Below, piece by piece: positions 41,068 through 55,080 of a DNA stretch of 64,000 nucleotides (position 1 is its first letter; the number at the start of each line of letters is the position of its first letter). The stretch lies in assembly GCA_040954595.2 (NCBI GenBank), contig CM082595.2, forward strand, positions 5,048,137 to 5,112,136, written 5' to 3'. The position numbers were made by a program, and so were the translations under genes. Under the pieces are notes generated by a model. The model worked only from the letters and a program-made list of their open reading frames with translations. It was not told the origin of the DNA and made no database searches. The stretch is from Balanoglossus misakiensis (Eukaryota; Animalia; Hemichordata).

Positions 41068-44000
41068 TTAAAGACACCGTACCCTGTCTCTTGTAAGGAT
41101 TCTGTTGCTGTTCCCATAGGAATAGTTAAAAGATCAGTGTTTAGTGTAGCTGTGTTCAGTGAATGAGTAAAATACATATGCGAGGACGTAATTGAGTGGC
41201 ATGTAGATGCTATGATGGATGGCCGTGTTGGATTTTTAGGGCAGCCTGACTACAGTATGGAGTGAAGACGAATTGGAAAGTTCACTGAGCAAATTTATTG
41301 GAAGTATAGCACCAGAAAAACTGCTATCAGAAAGAGGTGTTTGGCAGAAGGGAAGAAGAAAATAGTTCAGATTTAAGAGGATAGCAGATTCGAAAAGTAG
41401 CAGACTACAAGATGTAATCATGTAGTACAGAAGTGTAAACAGCCATTTTGAGTACTGGAGATGAAATGAGATTCGTAATCATGTACAGAAAAGAATAATG
41501 AGCAAAATTGTTTCAGAAATACGCAAAATGTGCTGTCTTTAGGAGAATGCGGTAATGGAAAGATGAAAATGGCTAATCCGGTGGAAAATTGGTCAGAGTT
41601 TAATTCAGACACAAAGATGTGCTTAATGGTGCGTCAGATAACTTGTCGTCTGCTTGTCACCGGGTGTACATCTTGTGATGAAAAGAATTCAATATTGTTT
41701 TTAATTTCAGGGAGGCCATGAAAACGTCCTTGGTGCGCAATAAAAAACGTACTATTAGACAAGGTTAAGAGATCACTACACTCTGAGAAATGAAATTAAA
41801 ATCGGTACAATAAACTGACATCTCTTTACAACGGCATCTCCATCCTAATGCGACGGCCGCAAAGTGAGTGTGGAATAGCAATTTTCGATTTTGCGGTAAA
41901 CGCTCAGTTTTTTTTTCTCTCTCTTTCTCTCTTCATGGGTGACAGGACAGCTGTAAAAACAACCAGGTTGCTTTCTCGGGTATTGTCCCGCACAAAAGGT
42001 AAATTAAATACGGCGGTTTTGAGCTGTCCGTTTTATTCCCCACTGCACACACATCGGTGGCTTATTTGTTTAAATTCGGTGTTCGCCTCGAGGGCGTTCT
42101 GAGGACATCACTGTCTTAGTCCGACCCGTCGTGTTAACGTTTGATGGGTGATACTGAAGTGGTCTGTTTGTCTGGTATTTGTGGGTTTTTTTTCACCTCC
42201 CTTTCTCGTCCCGCAATCTGATGACAGATTTAGTTTGAAAGGTTTCCTCTGTGTGCAGAAAGGGAGAACGGTTTCCATCTCCCATAAATGTCATCCAACG
42301 CTGCAATCTTTGAATACCGTGGAAGCTTATGTATACTTTGTGTGTTATGTTTGTAGACTTAGCTCAGACACATGATTCACCTGTGGGCTATCGAATTCTC
42401 GCCACGGGGAGGAATTTTCATGATTGCTCCCGTCGACGAGCAACGAAACACATTTCGGTGACTTCCAGATATTATTTTTGCTCAAGGGAAAAACCTACGC
42501 TGACTTCGTTGTGTTTTTTGAACCAGCACCGGATATTTCCGTTCGCAGGAAAAGGTTCGACCCTGTTGGGACACCCCCTTTCTTGAAATGGAATGCGCCG
42601 AAGCCTGGCTGGTTGAAATATGTATTGAATACCATCATTGTCTATTGTAAACCATCATTGGTGAGATTAAATTACAAATTCTCAAAGACTAAGATGTCTC
42701 AAATGGTGGGAAATCTACAAAGGATTGGGACCCCCCTCTAGGAGACATTATCACAAGAGAGCGTGTCTTCCAGGTGTTTAGCCTCCGATGCTCGAACGAA
42801 TCGCTCGGCAAAAACAGACAAAAGAAAATTCATCCAGGTTCAGACAGTCAGACCAACAAAAATGAGAAGAAAAAAATATGTGAAAGAAATCTTCTTATCG
42901 CACCACTTCAGCCGTGGAAAGAATTTCTTTTAATTACACACGGTGGGGCTGCGGCGTATAGAAATCCCCTTTCCCACGTCATATGATCACATAACTGAGA
43001 CATTTTTCGTTTGCTATCATAAGTGAGCAGTGTCTCACTTGTAATGGAAGATAGAGTCAGTCAAGCAAGGAGTAAACAAACGGGGTCGATTTGCAGATCG
43101 CCGGTAAACTGGAAAATGAGGGCCCGACTTTCACCGCTGGCTGGAGGCGCAGTCACTGGGTCTCCAAGGCGGCCATTTTGAGTAAACTGTGAAAAATGGA
43201 CCCAGGAATAATAGCGTTGTTAACAAATTTGAAAGTCTTTAAAAAAGTGTCTCAAGTCACTCTGAAACAATTTATAGACAATTTTCAGTTATCTGTCAAC
43301 TGGATTTCTCTAAAAACTTATTTCTCACTTCAGCATTTTCGTTGATCTCTGATATTTTTGATTTCAACTTCTCCAATTAATATCAGGCCACTGCCTGTGT
43401 AAATCTGTGAGCCTGTACATTATGTTGTCCTTTTTGAAAAGTTAGCTTCAGATTTTAAATTAAAAAAAACTGGAATAAAGATTCTGCAAAGTGAAAAAAA
43501 ATATTTATGGAAAGCATTTAATTTGGTGCAATAAGTAAAGTCGAAAATGTAAATGATATTATGATGAAAATTTAAATTTTGGAAATACTACTAAAATTGA
43601 AATGTGAATACTTGTGCAGTGGGAGAATTTGGTAGTTTTTTTCAGGAAATTCATTCTGGGTGAACATTTGGATTATATTTTTTTCAAATTGCTTTTTGAT
43701 GAGAGATGTCAGATTTGGAATCAAAATAAAGCGAAAGGAGTTGTGAATTTGTTTGGGGCTGTCTGCGGTTGATGAAATAGGCTGTTGGCGAGGGGTATTT
43801 ATAGATAAAAGACTGTTGAGTTTCGAATTGAATTACTATTCATGATGTCGGGTTGGCGGTTGAAAATGGCCGCCTTGATTGTGGAGTGGGTTATGAATAC
43901 GCTGTAGTAAAGTGGTTATTAGACAGCAGGGCGGGGAGAAGCTCAGAGAAATGCAACGCTGTTCAATATTCAGTTCTTGTGAGTAATTAAGTGTGTATGC

Positions 44001-45699
44001 GTTGTATTGGGGAGGCGTGTGACACCACACAATGGAGGCACGCTCGGTGTCCGCGTATGCGGCAAGCCTCTTCTGTACGACGGCTTATTCACAGGACAAA
44101 GTCGCGGTATTGTGGTCTGGATTGCCTGACAATGCGCGCAGTGAAAAGACAATTTAAAGTCGTTTTGGCTGGCTTTGTGGCTCTTTCTGGTAGTGAGGTT
44201 TTGTATTTTTTTCGCCTCCCCCCGCGATCATATATTTTCCCCTCTTCCCGTGGTTGGCCGTGAAACCCCGCATCTCCATTCAGGGGTGCTTTTTGCTTGA
44301 AAACAATAGCGTTGAATTGAAGTGTGGTCATTCACGGTGGTCATAATACCGCTTCTGTGAGAAATGAGGTGTCCGCCAAACAATGGACGAGGACAAAAAA
44401 AGGAGGTTACTAGAATATAAGAAACAGCTGTGGGGGGCTGTCATCGTGGGTTCTTTTTTTTTCTTTCGACAAACGTGGCCTCTCTTTCAGGACAGGAGAT
44501 GTGTCACTTTCTGAAAAGACGTCAGACGACCACTGCCACCATCTGTGACGAACCTTTTCAGTCGTCAGAATTCTTTCAAAATCCGTAGATGCCAGTGTCT
44601 CATGAGCATCCATCATCAGTTTGTGAAGCTGAGAATCTGATTTCTAAAAACCTAATGGAAAATGCTGACTTAATTAGACTGGAAGACAGAGAATATCAAA
44701 GGTGTTTTTATTTGCTTTACTGTACCACAAAATTTTACATTCAAATCTGTTTAGTATATGTGAAATGAAAAAAAAAATTGAAGAAAAAGCAGAAATCGCC
44801 CCAGAATTATCCTGAAACTAAACTAAAAGTTTTGAAGGTGATCAGAAACACTTGACCTGAGCACCGTGAAAATATCGGTTTGTTGTCTGACTTCTCCTTG
44901 TTCTTTTTACGCTGTCTTGTTTTTAGTGCACACGTATCGATGATGTCACCACTGATGTTTCTGCAAGAGGAGACAGTCTCCGATCCATTGATACTGCGCG
45001 TAGGTCGTTTCAGTGATTGAAACTTCAATACAGCCCTGTTTCCAAATGTGACGGCGGACCCCTATATCCAATTTCACTGCCCGCGATTTAAGAAGCAATC
45101 TTATTTTTCATGTTTATACCTGCAGAAGACGAAAAGCGAATCAGATTTCCTCGGCCCCGAAGATTAATTTATTCTCTTGTTTAATTACATAACCCTGAAG
45201 CGACTGGAGTTTTCATAACCGCGCCAAATCAAGGCAGGTTGCGACCGTCAGGCCTTTTAGAGTGCAGGTTAGCATCGAGGGTGGACGCTTAATGTCGCCA
45301 TAAAGCACGGCATCCCCTTTGTGAGATAATTGAAAGATACTGCTGTTGTTACTAAGGAAAGCGACGATCATTGCACAGACAGAGAGGAAGAATAAAAACT
45401 GACAGCGCCGTGGTTTTTACGGCGCGGAGTTGAAAGCGTTTCCGTTATCACTTGGCCGCGGATTACCATGGTAATAAAGTCGGGGGTTCATCTCGTTTAT
45501 TTCCAATTGGTCAGCTCGGCCGATAAATTCACTAATTAGCTGGGTGATAAAAGATGATCTGGATGGTGCTCTCTGTTTTTGTAAGAGGTCAAAGCTTTGG
45601 GTGCAGATGTTTTAAACAAACCAGCAAGACGAAACTAATCGAGGACACTGGGTTCATCTGAGTTCAGGGGATTGAAGTAATAGGGTATCCTATTGAATG

Positions 45700-45970
45700 A
45701 GAGAGAGATAGAGGGGGGGAGGGAGGGAGGGAGAGAGAGTGAGAGGGAGTGAGAGAGAGGGGGGGGAGAGTGAGAGTGAGAGAGAGTGAGTGAGTGAGAG
45801 AGGGAGAGAGAGGGGGGGGGAGAGGGAGAGAGAGTGATAGGGAGAGAGAGTGAGAGTGAGAGGGAGAGTGAGTGAGAGAGAGGGAGAGAGAGGGAGAGGG
45901 AGAGAGAGTGAAAGTGAGAGAGAGAGCGAGAGAGTGAGAGAGAGAGACAGAGAGAGAAAGAGAGAGAGAT
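45700..45970. repeat. Polypurine GA/GAGT/GAGG tract (~270 bp)
   Basis: Directly visible; almost purely purine on the + strand. Confidence 0.95.
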
Positions 45971-48900
45971 CGAAGATCTAAGCCTGTCATCTAATGTTGC
46001 TGAACTTTAATTTGCGATTGAAACCGTTCCAAAAAATCAGCTATTCATACGTGGGAAATGGTGTTGAAATAATTTAATATGGAAGTCATTATAGCTCGGA
46101 TGGAAGAATGATAGGAGGATTTTTGTCAAATAAACCTGTGAGAGTTCTCAATGGGTGTCTCTGAACCAGGATAGATAAGGTTTCCCTTGTGAATCGATGT
46201 TTCACCCCGTGGCGAATACTGATCTGAACAATAACACGCCAACGTAGTCTTGATAGCTTGTAGCAGAGTTTAACCCTTGTACTGCCAATGTCACTTTTTT
46301 TCGGCGATTTCTTCTCTGTAAAAGACTGTTTCCATTGTTTTTTCTCATTTGTCTTCAATGTCTGATAGTTCAAGCTGCTTTTTGTCTGAAATGTTGACAA
46401 AAAATGCTAAAAATATAGGATTTTTAGTAAAATTGTGACAATGGAAATAAAGCGAAAATCGGCAGGAAAAACGCCAGCATAGAATAGTTTCACTGATGCG
46501 CAAGGGGGGAGGATAATTACTGTGTTTGGAGTACAGAGGAGATTTCAGGTTGAATTCAGGTTTCAAGAATCTTCCCCTGGGGGGCTAAATTGTGGCTCTG
46601 TTTTTAATGAATAGCCGGGTGTTTGTCTGAAGTTAAGAAGCAGCTGGCCGTCTTTTCTGTCCGCGTTTGTGTCCTCTTTCTTCTGTGCGAAGAAAAGAAA
46701 AGAAAGAAAAAAAAAGAAAGAGACAAAAATGCCTGTCTGGCCGTTGCAAAGAGACGCGCAAAACAAAAAGGATACCACTGTAGCCTAAAGTTGCTCTGAG
46801 ATGCTTTTAGGGCGTCTGTTCGAGACGTTTTGGAGGACACACATTGATGAGCGTTAACTTTTTTCGCCAAGCTAAACAGAAAATACGGTCACTAGACAGG
46901 AAACGGTGAAGCCATCTCCTGGAACGAGTGTCACTGTTAAATCCAATTACTAGCGACCAATGATGCGTACAGTTATTGTTTTCAAAAGTGGCAATATCTA
47001 AAGTTGGTTTCCGTAGTTTTTCTCTCCTCGTTTACATTTTGTTGCGTTTTCGAGGGGATTGTTTCAGTCAGTGGAGCGTTGAAAAGTTATGCATACCAGA
47101 TGTCCGAGGGAGATAGGGCTGGGATGGTAAATAGAAAGCTGGACACCATGTGGTGGGGCAATTACCTCAGGAATTCAGTGTCCTCACGAGGTCAGAGGTC
47201 AGTCAATAAAAGGGGCAGACAGACACCAAATTGAGGTGGTGATGTTTTACATAATGTTGCATAAGGTATCGCGTTTCAAAACAAAGAGGCAGGAAGTGGA
47301 TGTGAAGAAAGTCAAGGAGAAGCAGCAGTTGCGGCAACAGCTGCTTTGATAGGTTCCAGACTTTTACGCTTACGAGCAGAGCTTCTATTTCCCGCCGAAA
47401 ATGCGGACAGAAATTGTTGCTTGCTTCAGATTTTCCTCTCAATTTGATTTTCATTTTGGATTAAAATGATTTTTTCTTCAATGGATGTTTCAAATTTAAT
47501 TGCCATTATGAATTGTGGGGACGTTAATTATCAAAAAAAGACTTGCAGTATACTTTAACGGGTATGATCTCTCTCAGCTTATATCTCTCGTTTTGTTGGG
47601 TGTGACCTGAAACTGGAAACCAATATTAATAAAAAATAATTCAATAAACAAAGCAAATCATTGCTAGATATAATAGGCATCTGAGAAGCAAAGGTTGCCA
47701 TGGAAAAAATTTGAAATGTTACACGAAGCAACATTTATGTAAACTAGTAAAAAGAGGTGTGTTGCCGGCGTATCTAGTTTATAGCGTGATGAAATCTGAC
47801 GTGTACGGTACTGTCGTGATTGAATTAATCATTGTATAGATTGATTAGATCTCAATCATAATTGATCAAATTTTGATGCGTCGCGCCGTCGCTTGTGTCA
47901 GGTAATGCATGAGTGGGATTGGTTTATGAAACGATGATTTATTCGGCCATTAAGGTTAGCTCCCCCGACGCATCGTATTATTGCCTGTGATGATATATAC
48001 ACAGATTTGCCTTCAGTGAGAATTTATCGCCGGTGTCTTCATTGTGTAGATGCATCAAATTGAGTGATTTTTCAAAATTAAAGGCCGCTAAATTTTGACG
48101 TTTAGGATTTTATTGAAAGGGGAATTACTCTGTATCTCATAACTTTATCTTTGAATCAGTCGACACCAATTCTGCCTTTGTCAAAACAAATAGTTAAATG
48201 TTTTTGACACAAATGGTAGTGTGGATAAGTTTTTTTTTTCGTTTCCTGAAAATTATTGTTTTCAGGTAATATGAGTAACATAAACATTATTTCAATATTT
48301 TTTTGGACAATATTTTATCATACATATATTTTCATTGTTGCAAGAATTGTACCCAGCATAAATTCATGTTGATTCCTGTTCACACGATTTTATGTTTAAA
48401 CTATAAAATTTGACACGTGTTTATTTATCTCCTGCAATTCTGGGAATTTTTTTGGCGAGCGTGCGACAAAAATTAAGCGAATTTCAACAAGGTTGATTTT
48501 TTTGTCGTTCGTGACGAGCTGACGAGCCGAAGAAGGGAACATGATGGATGTGTTGTGTTGCATGTCTAAGACATGTGATGCCAAGTTAAATGGCTACATC
48601 ATCCCAACACGATTCATGCATTTAAAGTAGATTGGCACTTCTTCACGATACCATCCATTTTATTTAAACTTAGCTTATCGCGTCATTTGTCATACTTATT
48701 GCGGTATCGCGCGGAATTACAGGGCGGGCTTGGGGAGAGCGTGCGGCATTTCCGGTGCTGAATCTTCCTCTTTTGCGACCTGTATTGTTTAAGCCACTCA
48801 GCCGACCTGTCGTCTGGTGGGAAGGGGGGGGGGTTGTACTTATCAGCGAAAATGCCGTGATTAGGTTTTCTTCTCGCTTCAAGTTCGATCGGGGCTCGCC

Positions 48901-50277
48901 GGCAGAAATGTCCCCCCTGAAGGCTCGAAACTTGACGTCCGAGAAATTGCGATATCCCGTCACATCCGAGAGATTGCTAGATTGCCCAAAATTGACTTTG
49001 ATCTTTTTTTTGAACTGATCTCTGTGACAGAAAGGCTGCTGATCACATCAATTCAGTCAGTGCAGTGAAGTAAAAAAAAAATGCATCAAATTTTTTTTCA
49101 GGGTGCAGTGTGAATCAGACCGCAATTTTCCTGAAGGTTTTATCTCAAATATTTGCTCACACTTGACACTATCTCACTGATAAAGATTAGACTTCATTGT
49201 CAGTAATCAACTACACCAAGGATAAAGATACCTGGCAAATAGAAATCTTCAACTTGAAAAGATCTGACCTTCGTATTGTTTCCACAACAAAACACACAAT
49301 TCTTTGACGTCTTCCCAAAAGTGTCGAACATGCAAAGTATCTCTCAGATGACATTCTTTGTGTGTGCTTCGCAAATGTTCGTGTAGTGAAGAGAATAATT
49401 TAAAAGAATAATTCAATTAGGTTTATATTACAGCTATGCAGTGCAGTCAAAGATCTTAGCTACGGGGGTGAGATGTGATATTGAAAATGGATTAATTTGG
49501 GCTCCTTGGAAAAAGGTTTACATCTGGGATGTTTCTGGAAGAGTTTTCGTTGTGAGGTGACTTTTATTTGTTTCATGGCCATAGTGAATGTTTGTGTACC
49601 TTTTCCATCAGCTTGATGTCTGTGCTTGTGTACACGTTCATGTCAACTGTTAAATGTTTAAGGTAGAGTCGCCAAGTGACATAAAGGCCTCGGGCATTTA
49701 CTCCAACTGTGTGCTCTGGAAGATCTTAACCTAGTCTTTTACGGATTAAGGAAGAGAAAAGAAACACCCAAATTGTTCACCAGTTGTTCTTTCCGGTTTC
49801 CCACGTATTTGAAATTCAACATGTCTGCCAAACTGGTGAAACGCTTTTCGAAAAAAAAAGTAATTGATGGCTATTTGTTGATGGGTTTAGTCTATTGTGG
49901 ATTTGATCTGATTGTTTTGTGACCAGTTGCATTTAGTGTGCTCAGGACTGTGTGTTTACACGAACTTCTTCAAGAATTTCCAAGATGTTGTCTTTGGAAA
50001 TGAGGATCCCTTCTGGGGAAATCTTCATTTGATTGAAATGCGAGCACTTTTGTCTATAAGCAGCCGAAAATGAAAATATTTGCGTACGAGATTTTAGTTG
50101 GGAACTGTTTATCGAAGGATTTGGGCGGCCAAAGATGGAACTAGGAAAATAAACCTTCAGGGCTGAAAGGCTTTTAAGAAGGCACGCTACTGTCTCCCTC
50201 TTGACCTTTGTTGACCTTTGGTGTTATTGCTGCCTTGAGATGACCAGTCAGTATCTCCAAACCCCCTAGCTCCATCG

Positions 50278-50308
50278 AGATTTCGCAAGATTTCGCAAGA
50301 TTTCGCAA
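50278..50308. repeat. 10-bp tandem repeat (AGATTTCGCA x3)
   Basis: Directly visible. Confidence 0.85.
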
Positions 50309-53300
50309 TTTGTAATTTTGATGTATAACAGGAAAGTTACTGAGCAAATACAGAAGTAATTTTCCAGTTTTCGTTCGTACCCCTTGACAGGTCGGCCGAC
50401 TAAGTGCAGGTAGAAACCGGCTTGATTTCGTCGTCATGGGAACCACCGTGACCACTCATGAATTAAATCACTTACCAGAAACATGAAACTGTTAATTATA
50501 TTGTGTTAATTGCTTTACATGATATTTGATAAAAATGTAAGTTTTGCATCAGGAAACGCATTCCTCTTGGGGTCACAGCTATTTAAACAAAGGTTCATTT
50601 TAAATGTTCACTGCTTAAAAAATTAATCTTCGGATCTTGATCAAAATCATTCACACACTCTGCAAACGAAAAAACGGTATTTTATTACAATTTTCTATTT
50701 CTTCCTTCTGCTGTAGGATCTGTATTGTTGTCTAGTGCCCACTGTTCTATTGAACAATTTTTAAGTACTAAATTATCCCTGTAGAACGGATGTAGGGCCA
50801 TCCAGAATGCAACAGTAAGTTGTTAGTGATTGTTCTCTGCTAGAAAATCCTCTGTAAATGTCCAGCCATAGGATTTCTAGTGATTCCTGTGTTTTAGTCG
50901 ACACTCGCTTTTGTCGAGTTGCAGTGGTTCTCGTTCGGGTGAAGTAAAACGTGAATTCGACCACCTGGGATTGGAAGGCATCGACGCGCACGTTTAATCA
51001 AGATCTGGCAAAACAAGTCATCGCTAAGCGTTGTCTTCGTTCCAGGTATAGCTTTCATCGCTGATAAATGAAATTGTCACCTCCAATAAGACATGGCACT
51101 CATGGCCCTTCAAGACAATCAGGGATCATGAAGAAAAAAACATGACAGGGAAATTAGTCAAGCTCGCAGAGTTGAAATTAGCTTTCCGCGAGAGATGCGT
51201 GATGTCGCGTACTCGCGCGATCGGGAGATGAACACAGGCCCTTTTTTTCTGCGAGCTGACTGGCGTTTGGCAAATGTGATGGGTATATGCTTAGACATGA
51301 CTGCAACACAGTGACTGCGGAATAGATTAAAAGGCTGTGTTTTTCGCCTCCAACTTTTTTTCCACTGGCTTGCCGTCATTATTTAATGTAACCGAGATTG
51401 TCAGTTGTGTTAATAATACTTTCTGTGTCATGTCACCAGAGACTTTGGCCAATCCCGCGTCTGATGATACTAGTAAATGTGTCAGATTTAATTACGGTTC
51501 CTGGAACTTAATAAAACTAAAGCTCCTAGCCACATTCGGGCGGAGAATCAACAATCTAGTAGGAAAATCAGATTCCGAACCTCGGGTAGCCGCTGGATTT
51601 GGAGATAATATCGCCTTGGGCTGAAATGACGCCAAGATAGAACACCGTAATTTTTGCTCTGCAGCGGTTCGACTGGAGATGTCAGGAGTTGATTTCTCCC
51701 CTTTTTTTTAAACATTCAGTTTGATTTGATTCGATTTGTCAACGGCAGAAACGCAATTCACGATTGAGGGGAAATGCACTATAAGAAAACAGGTGACTCA
51801 TAAGCGTAACGTTGAAATACACACTTTCTTCCTGTGTTTGTCTATTTTTGCCGTTTCGTATGATATCAGGATTGAGCTATTTTTAATAACAGATCAGACT
51901 ATTTCCTGTTGTCTGCGGTGCTGTCACGCGTTTTCCTAATCTGCCGTAAGCTGATCAAAAAGTATTCAGTTTGGTTAAATCTCTCATTTCTCCCCGATCA
52001 CAGGTGATCAAAGCTGTTTGAGTAAAAAATACAGGCCGTGATGCGCTCTGCATGCAAAGTTGGAAAGTTGCGTGTTTTATTTTTCTCGCCTTTTGTTCTG
52101 CAGTGAGTGTTTTCTAGGGAGGGGGTTTGAGAGGGGGTGGGGTGAGATTAGAAGAGGGGCAAATTACTAAGAGTAGGAGACCGGTTAGCTGAAGTATAAG
52201 ACATGACAAAAATCAATACTGGTGGTAATATTTGCTTCAGCGCTGATATCAATCACTACTCTTCAATACAAGAATGCTTTTATCGATAAAAATGTGACAA
52301 TTGATCATAGCTATAATATCTGGCAATTATTGTTACAATTTTGAAGTACTGGCCTCAAGTCAAAACTTGAATATATCCATGTTTTTGTCTGAGTGATGTT
52401 GCGGAGAAAAAAAGAAAGGCGTGACCCTGCGGTATTCACGCACAATGTAAGTGGCATCTTTTGTTGGCTGTAATGACTTAATTCGCAGGTAGGTATTCAC
52501 GGCGGTTTTTTAGGACGCGGTGATTGCGGCGGGGGTATTTTTGATCGATCCTGCGTAACAAGTTTGAGACATGTTTCGCGATATTGCGCAGCTGTGTTTC
52601 CCCCGTTTGTCGTCGTACGGTGCGCTAAAACTAGCATTCTATTAAACTAGGTTAGGTTGTCCCAAAATTACTTGGCGTACATTTGTGTGATTGTCATGAA
52701 AATTCAGTGGTTTCCCCCCCCCCCCCCCCCCTCTCTCTACAATTATCCGTACCGGTTGTCGATACGTCGGCGACCACCACGTAACCTGCTTTGAGTGACA
52801 TCCCACGGGGCTTCTTATTGACTGCTAACAATATCACTTACAAAATTTTGATTTTTCATAAATTGCTTTGTTAAATTACATTTTCATGGCAGGGTTATTT
52901 TGTGTGGTGACACATTGCATGCTGGGTGAAGTGGTCAGCTATCATGCCACAACTCGCTGTCAAAACTTTGACAGAAATACTTCCGGCAAATTTCTCGCTC
53001 ATTTCTGAGTTTTTATTGAGAACAGAACAATTCTGAAATAAAATGCAGTTTTGATTTTCACATATCTTTTAAGATTTTGAAAATTGTGTCAGCATCAGAA
53101 AAGAACCATTTGAAGTTATTAGTTTTAATGGCTTTGACCTGTAAATGTATTCTCTAGATTGTGTTTTGTGCACTGTAGTTTTAAAGTGAGCTTTCTTCCA
53201 TTGAAATCACATTGAATGTTTAAGACAGAAAAATATTTTAATTTATCTGATTTTAATCCTGAGATTGGCCGATGGACTTACGCGATCAGACAAACGGAGT

Positions 53301-54046
53301 GTGTCCATGATTATTGAATAAATGCCTGCTGGGGATTGTTTAAGTCTAGTTCAAGGCCTGCCAAGTACGAATTTGATGTAATTCTTCCGTGTTGTGTTCA
53401 GGAATCTGTGAAAATACCATTATACTTGTCATGGGTATTATTTCGAGTGATGGTGCCCTAGGGGTGGGGGGGGACTGGGGAGCTTGAACAGAGAATAAAA
53501 ATTAAGAAATGACTGATGATTCATCAATACCTAATAATGAGAATTGTTTCTTCCTCTTGGTCGAGCTCACTGCCTTCTAAAATTGTGGTTCTTTTTTCGC
53601 TTTTTCATAAATAAAATTGTCCCCTGGAAAATTTGGCTCCATAACCTCATCTGGACTTGTGATTGATACAAAAGAGAATGGCAAATGCCTACAATTGCGA
53701 TTGAAAATAGAACAGTGTCCATTTTTGTGCAAGGCACAATCACCGTGACAAAAAATTGCTTTTGATGTTAATGCTGTTATTATGCCATAATTTAATAATT
53801 GCTGGGCTATTTTTATCTTTCTGTGTTGTTTAGCTGTCAGGCAAGGAGATGCTTAAATTTATTAATGACAGAGTCAGTAAAAAATGCTTTTTAGTTGCTT
53901 GAATGGTCTTGTAGTGGTAATTTGTCCAAAAGAGAAGGTATTTCTCATATATAACCCAGAGTTCATAATTTCGTTTCATGTGTATTTGGTGATAGCATAA
54001 GGCTTCAGATTTCATTTCAAAACAAATAAGATTTCAATTATTTGCC

Positions 54047-54067
54047 GTGTGTGTGTGTGTGTGTGTG
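54047..54067. repeat. (GT)n microsatellite
   Basis: Directly visible. Confidence 0.9.
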
Positions 54068-54713
54068 AATGATATTTGCCGTTCGTTGATCAAAAATCAA
54101 ATAGGAGAAATTTTATATTTTTGAGCAGCTCTGAATCCAAACACTTCAACAGTAAAGTGCCGCGGGTTAGATTTTTACCGATGGCGGGAGAAGGTATCGT
54201 TTTACGGTCGGGTGTCATCGCTGATCGTCGTAATCGCGAAATGAAAGCGGGCGTTTGGGGTATAAATGTACGCAAATATTAGCGGTTTGTGTGATCAGTT
54301 GCCTGTGTATCAACGGGCCTTTCTACACCATTAATCTGACAATATTTTAAATATTTGCAAATTGCGTATCGCTTTTCGTTTCTTATTGAGATCAAATCTT
54401 TTTTTATGTCACTGTCAATGTTCATAATTGATTTTTTATGACATTTTACTAGCAGATGTTTCATTGTTGTGTGATTGTAAAAATACGACAGGTGAGTCAT
54501 TAGAAAGTGTTTTTTTACACAGTTTAATTCAAAGATGCAAGTTAGATTAAGAAAAGGCATTGGTGTATGCAAATAATTGGTTGTATCTCTTACACCCCAA
54601 TGATTTTATTAAATGTGGAAGTTTAAGAAAGTTGATTAGTGTGCCTAAATGAAACTTGTAAAAAAATGTGTTTCTGCTTAAAGGGATTCTATCAACTTTT
54701 ACCATAGTACAAC

Positions 54714-55080
54714 TATCACCAAATATGCCCAAATGAATACTAATGATGAGAGTAATCACAGTAGTCTATATGAAAGTCATCTAATGTGGCCTAATGAATG
54801 AAAGGTGTGGTAGTGTTCTGGTATATGGATATGTTGAATTGAAGGTTAAGTCACCTAATGTGCTCCAATGAATAGGCACAGTAGATTGTTGTGGTTTTAG
54901 TGATTTGTTGTAATGTGTAAGAAAGTAATCTAATGTGTTCTAATGAATGACAGGTGTAATATATCTAATGTGCCCAAATGAATAATAGTGATAGGGGTAG
55001 TCACATTAGTCTGTGTTGTGATTTCATTGAATTGTACCAGTATAAGAAAGTCATCTAATGTGTTCCAATGAATGAGAATG
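54714..55080. repeat. Degenerate minisatellite with core AAGTCAYCTAATGTGNYCYAATGAAT, six copies at irregular spacing
   Basis: Cores start near 54720, 54781, 54855, 54930, 54965 and 55055. The intervening segments also resemble one another (CACAGTAGTCT / CACAGTAGATT / CACATTAGTCT). Confidence 0.8.

Noticed and set aside
42424-42741. ORF containing GWLKYV, resembling the WLKYIR motif of PR-domain exon 3
   Set aside because: The flanks do not fit: there is no IDA motif before it and no R.A....QNL after it. Spacing from the nearest plausible acceptor is about twice that expected, and it lacks the GC-rich codon bias of exon 2.
54714-55080. CRISPR array
   Set aside because: The context is eukaryotic, the repeats are degenerate, the spacing is irregular, the spacers resemble each other and there are no cas genes.
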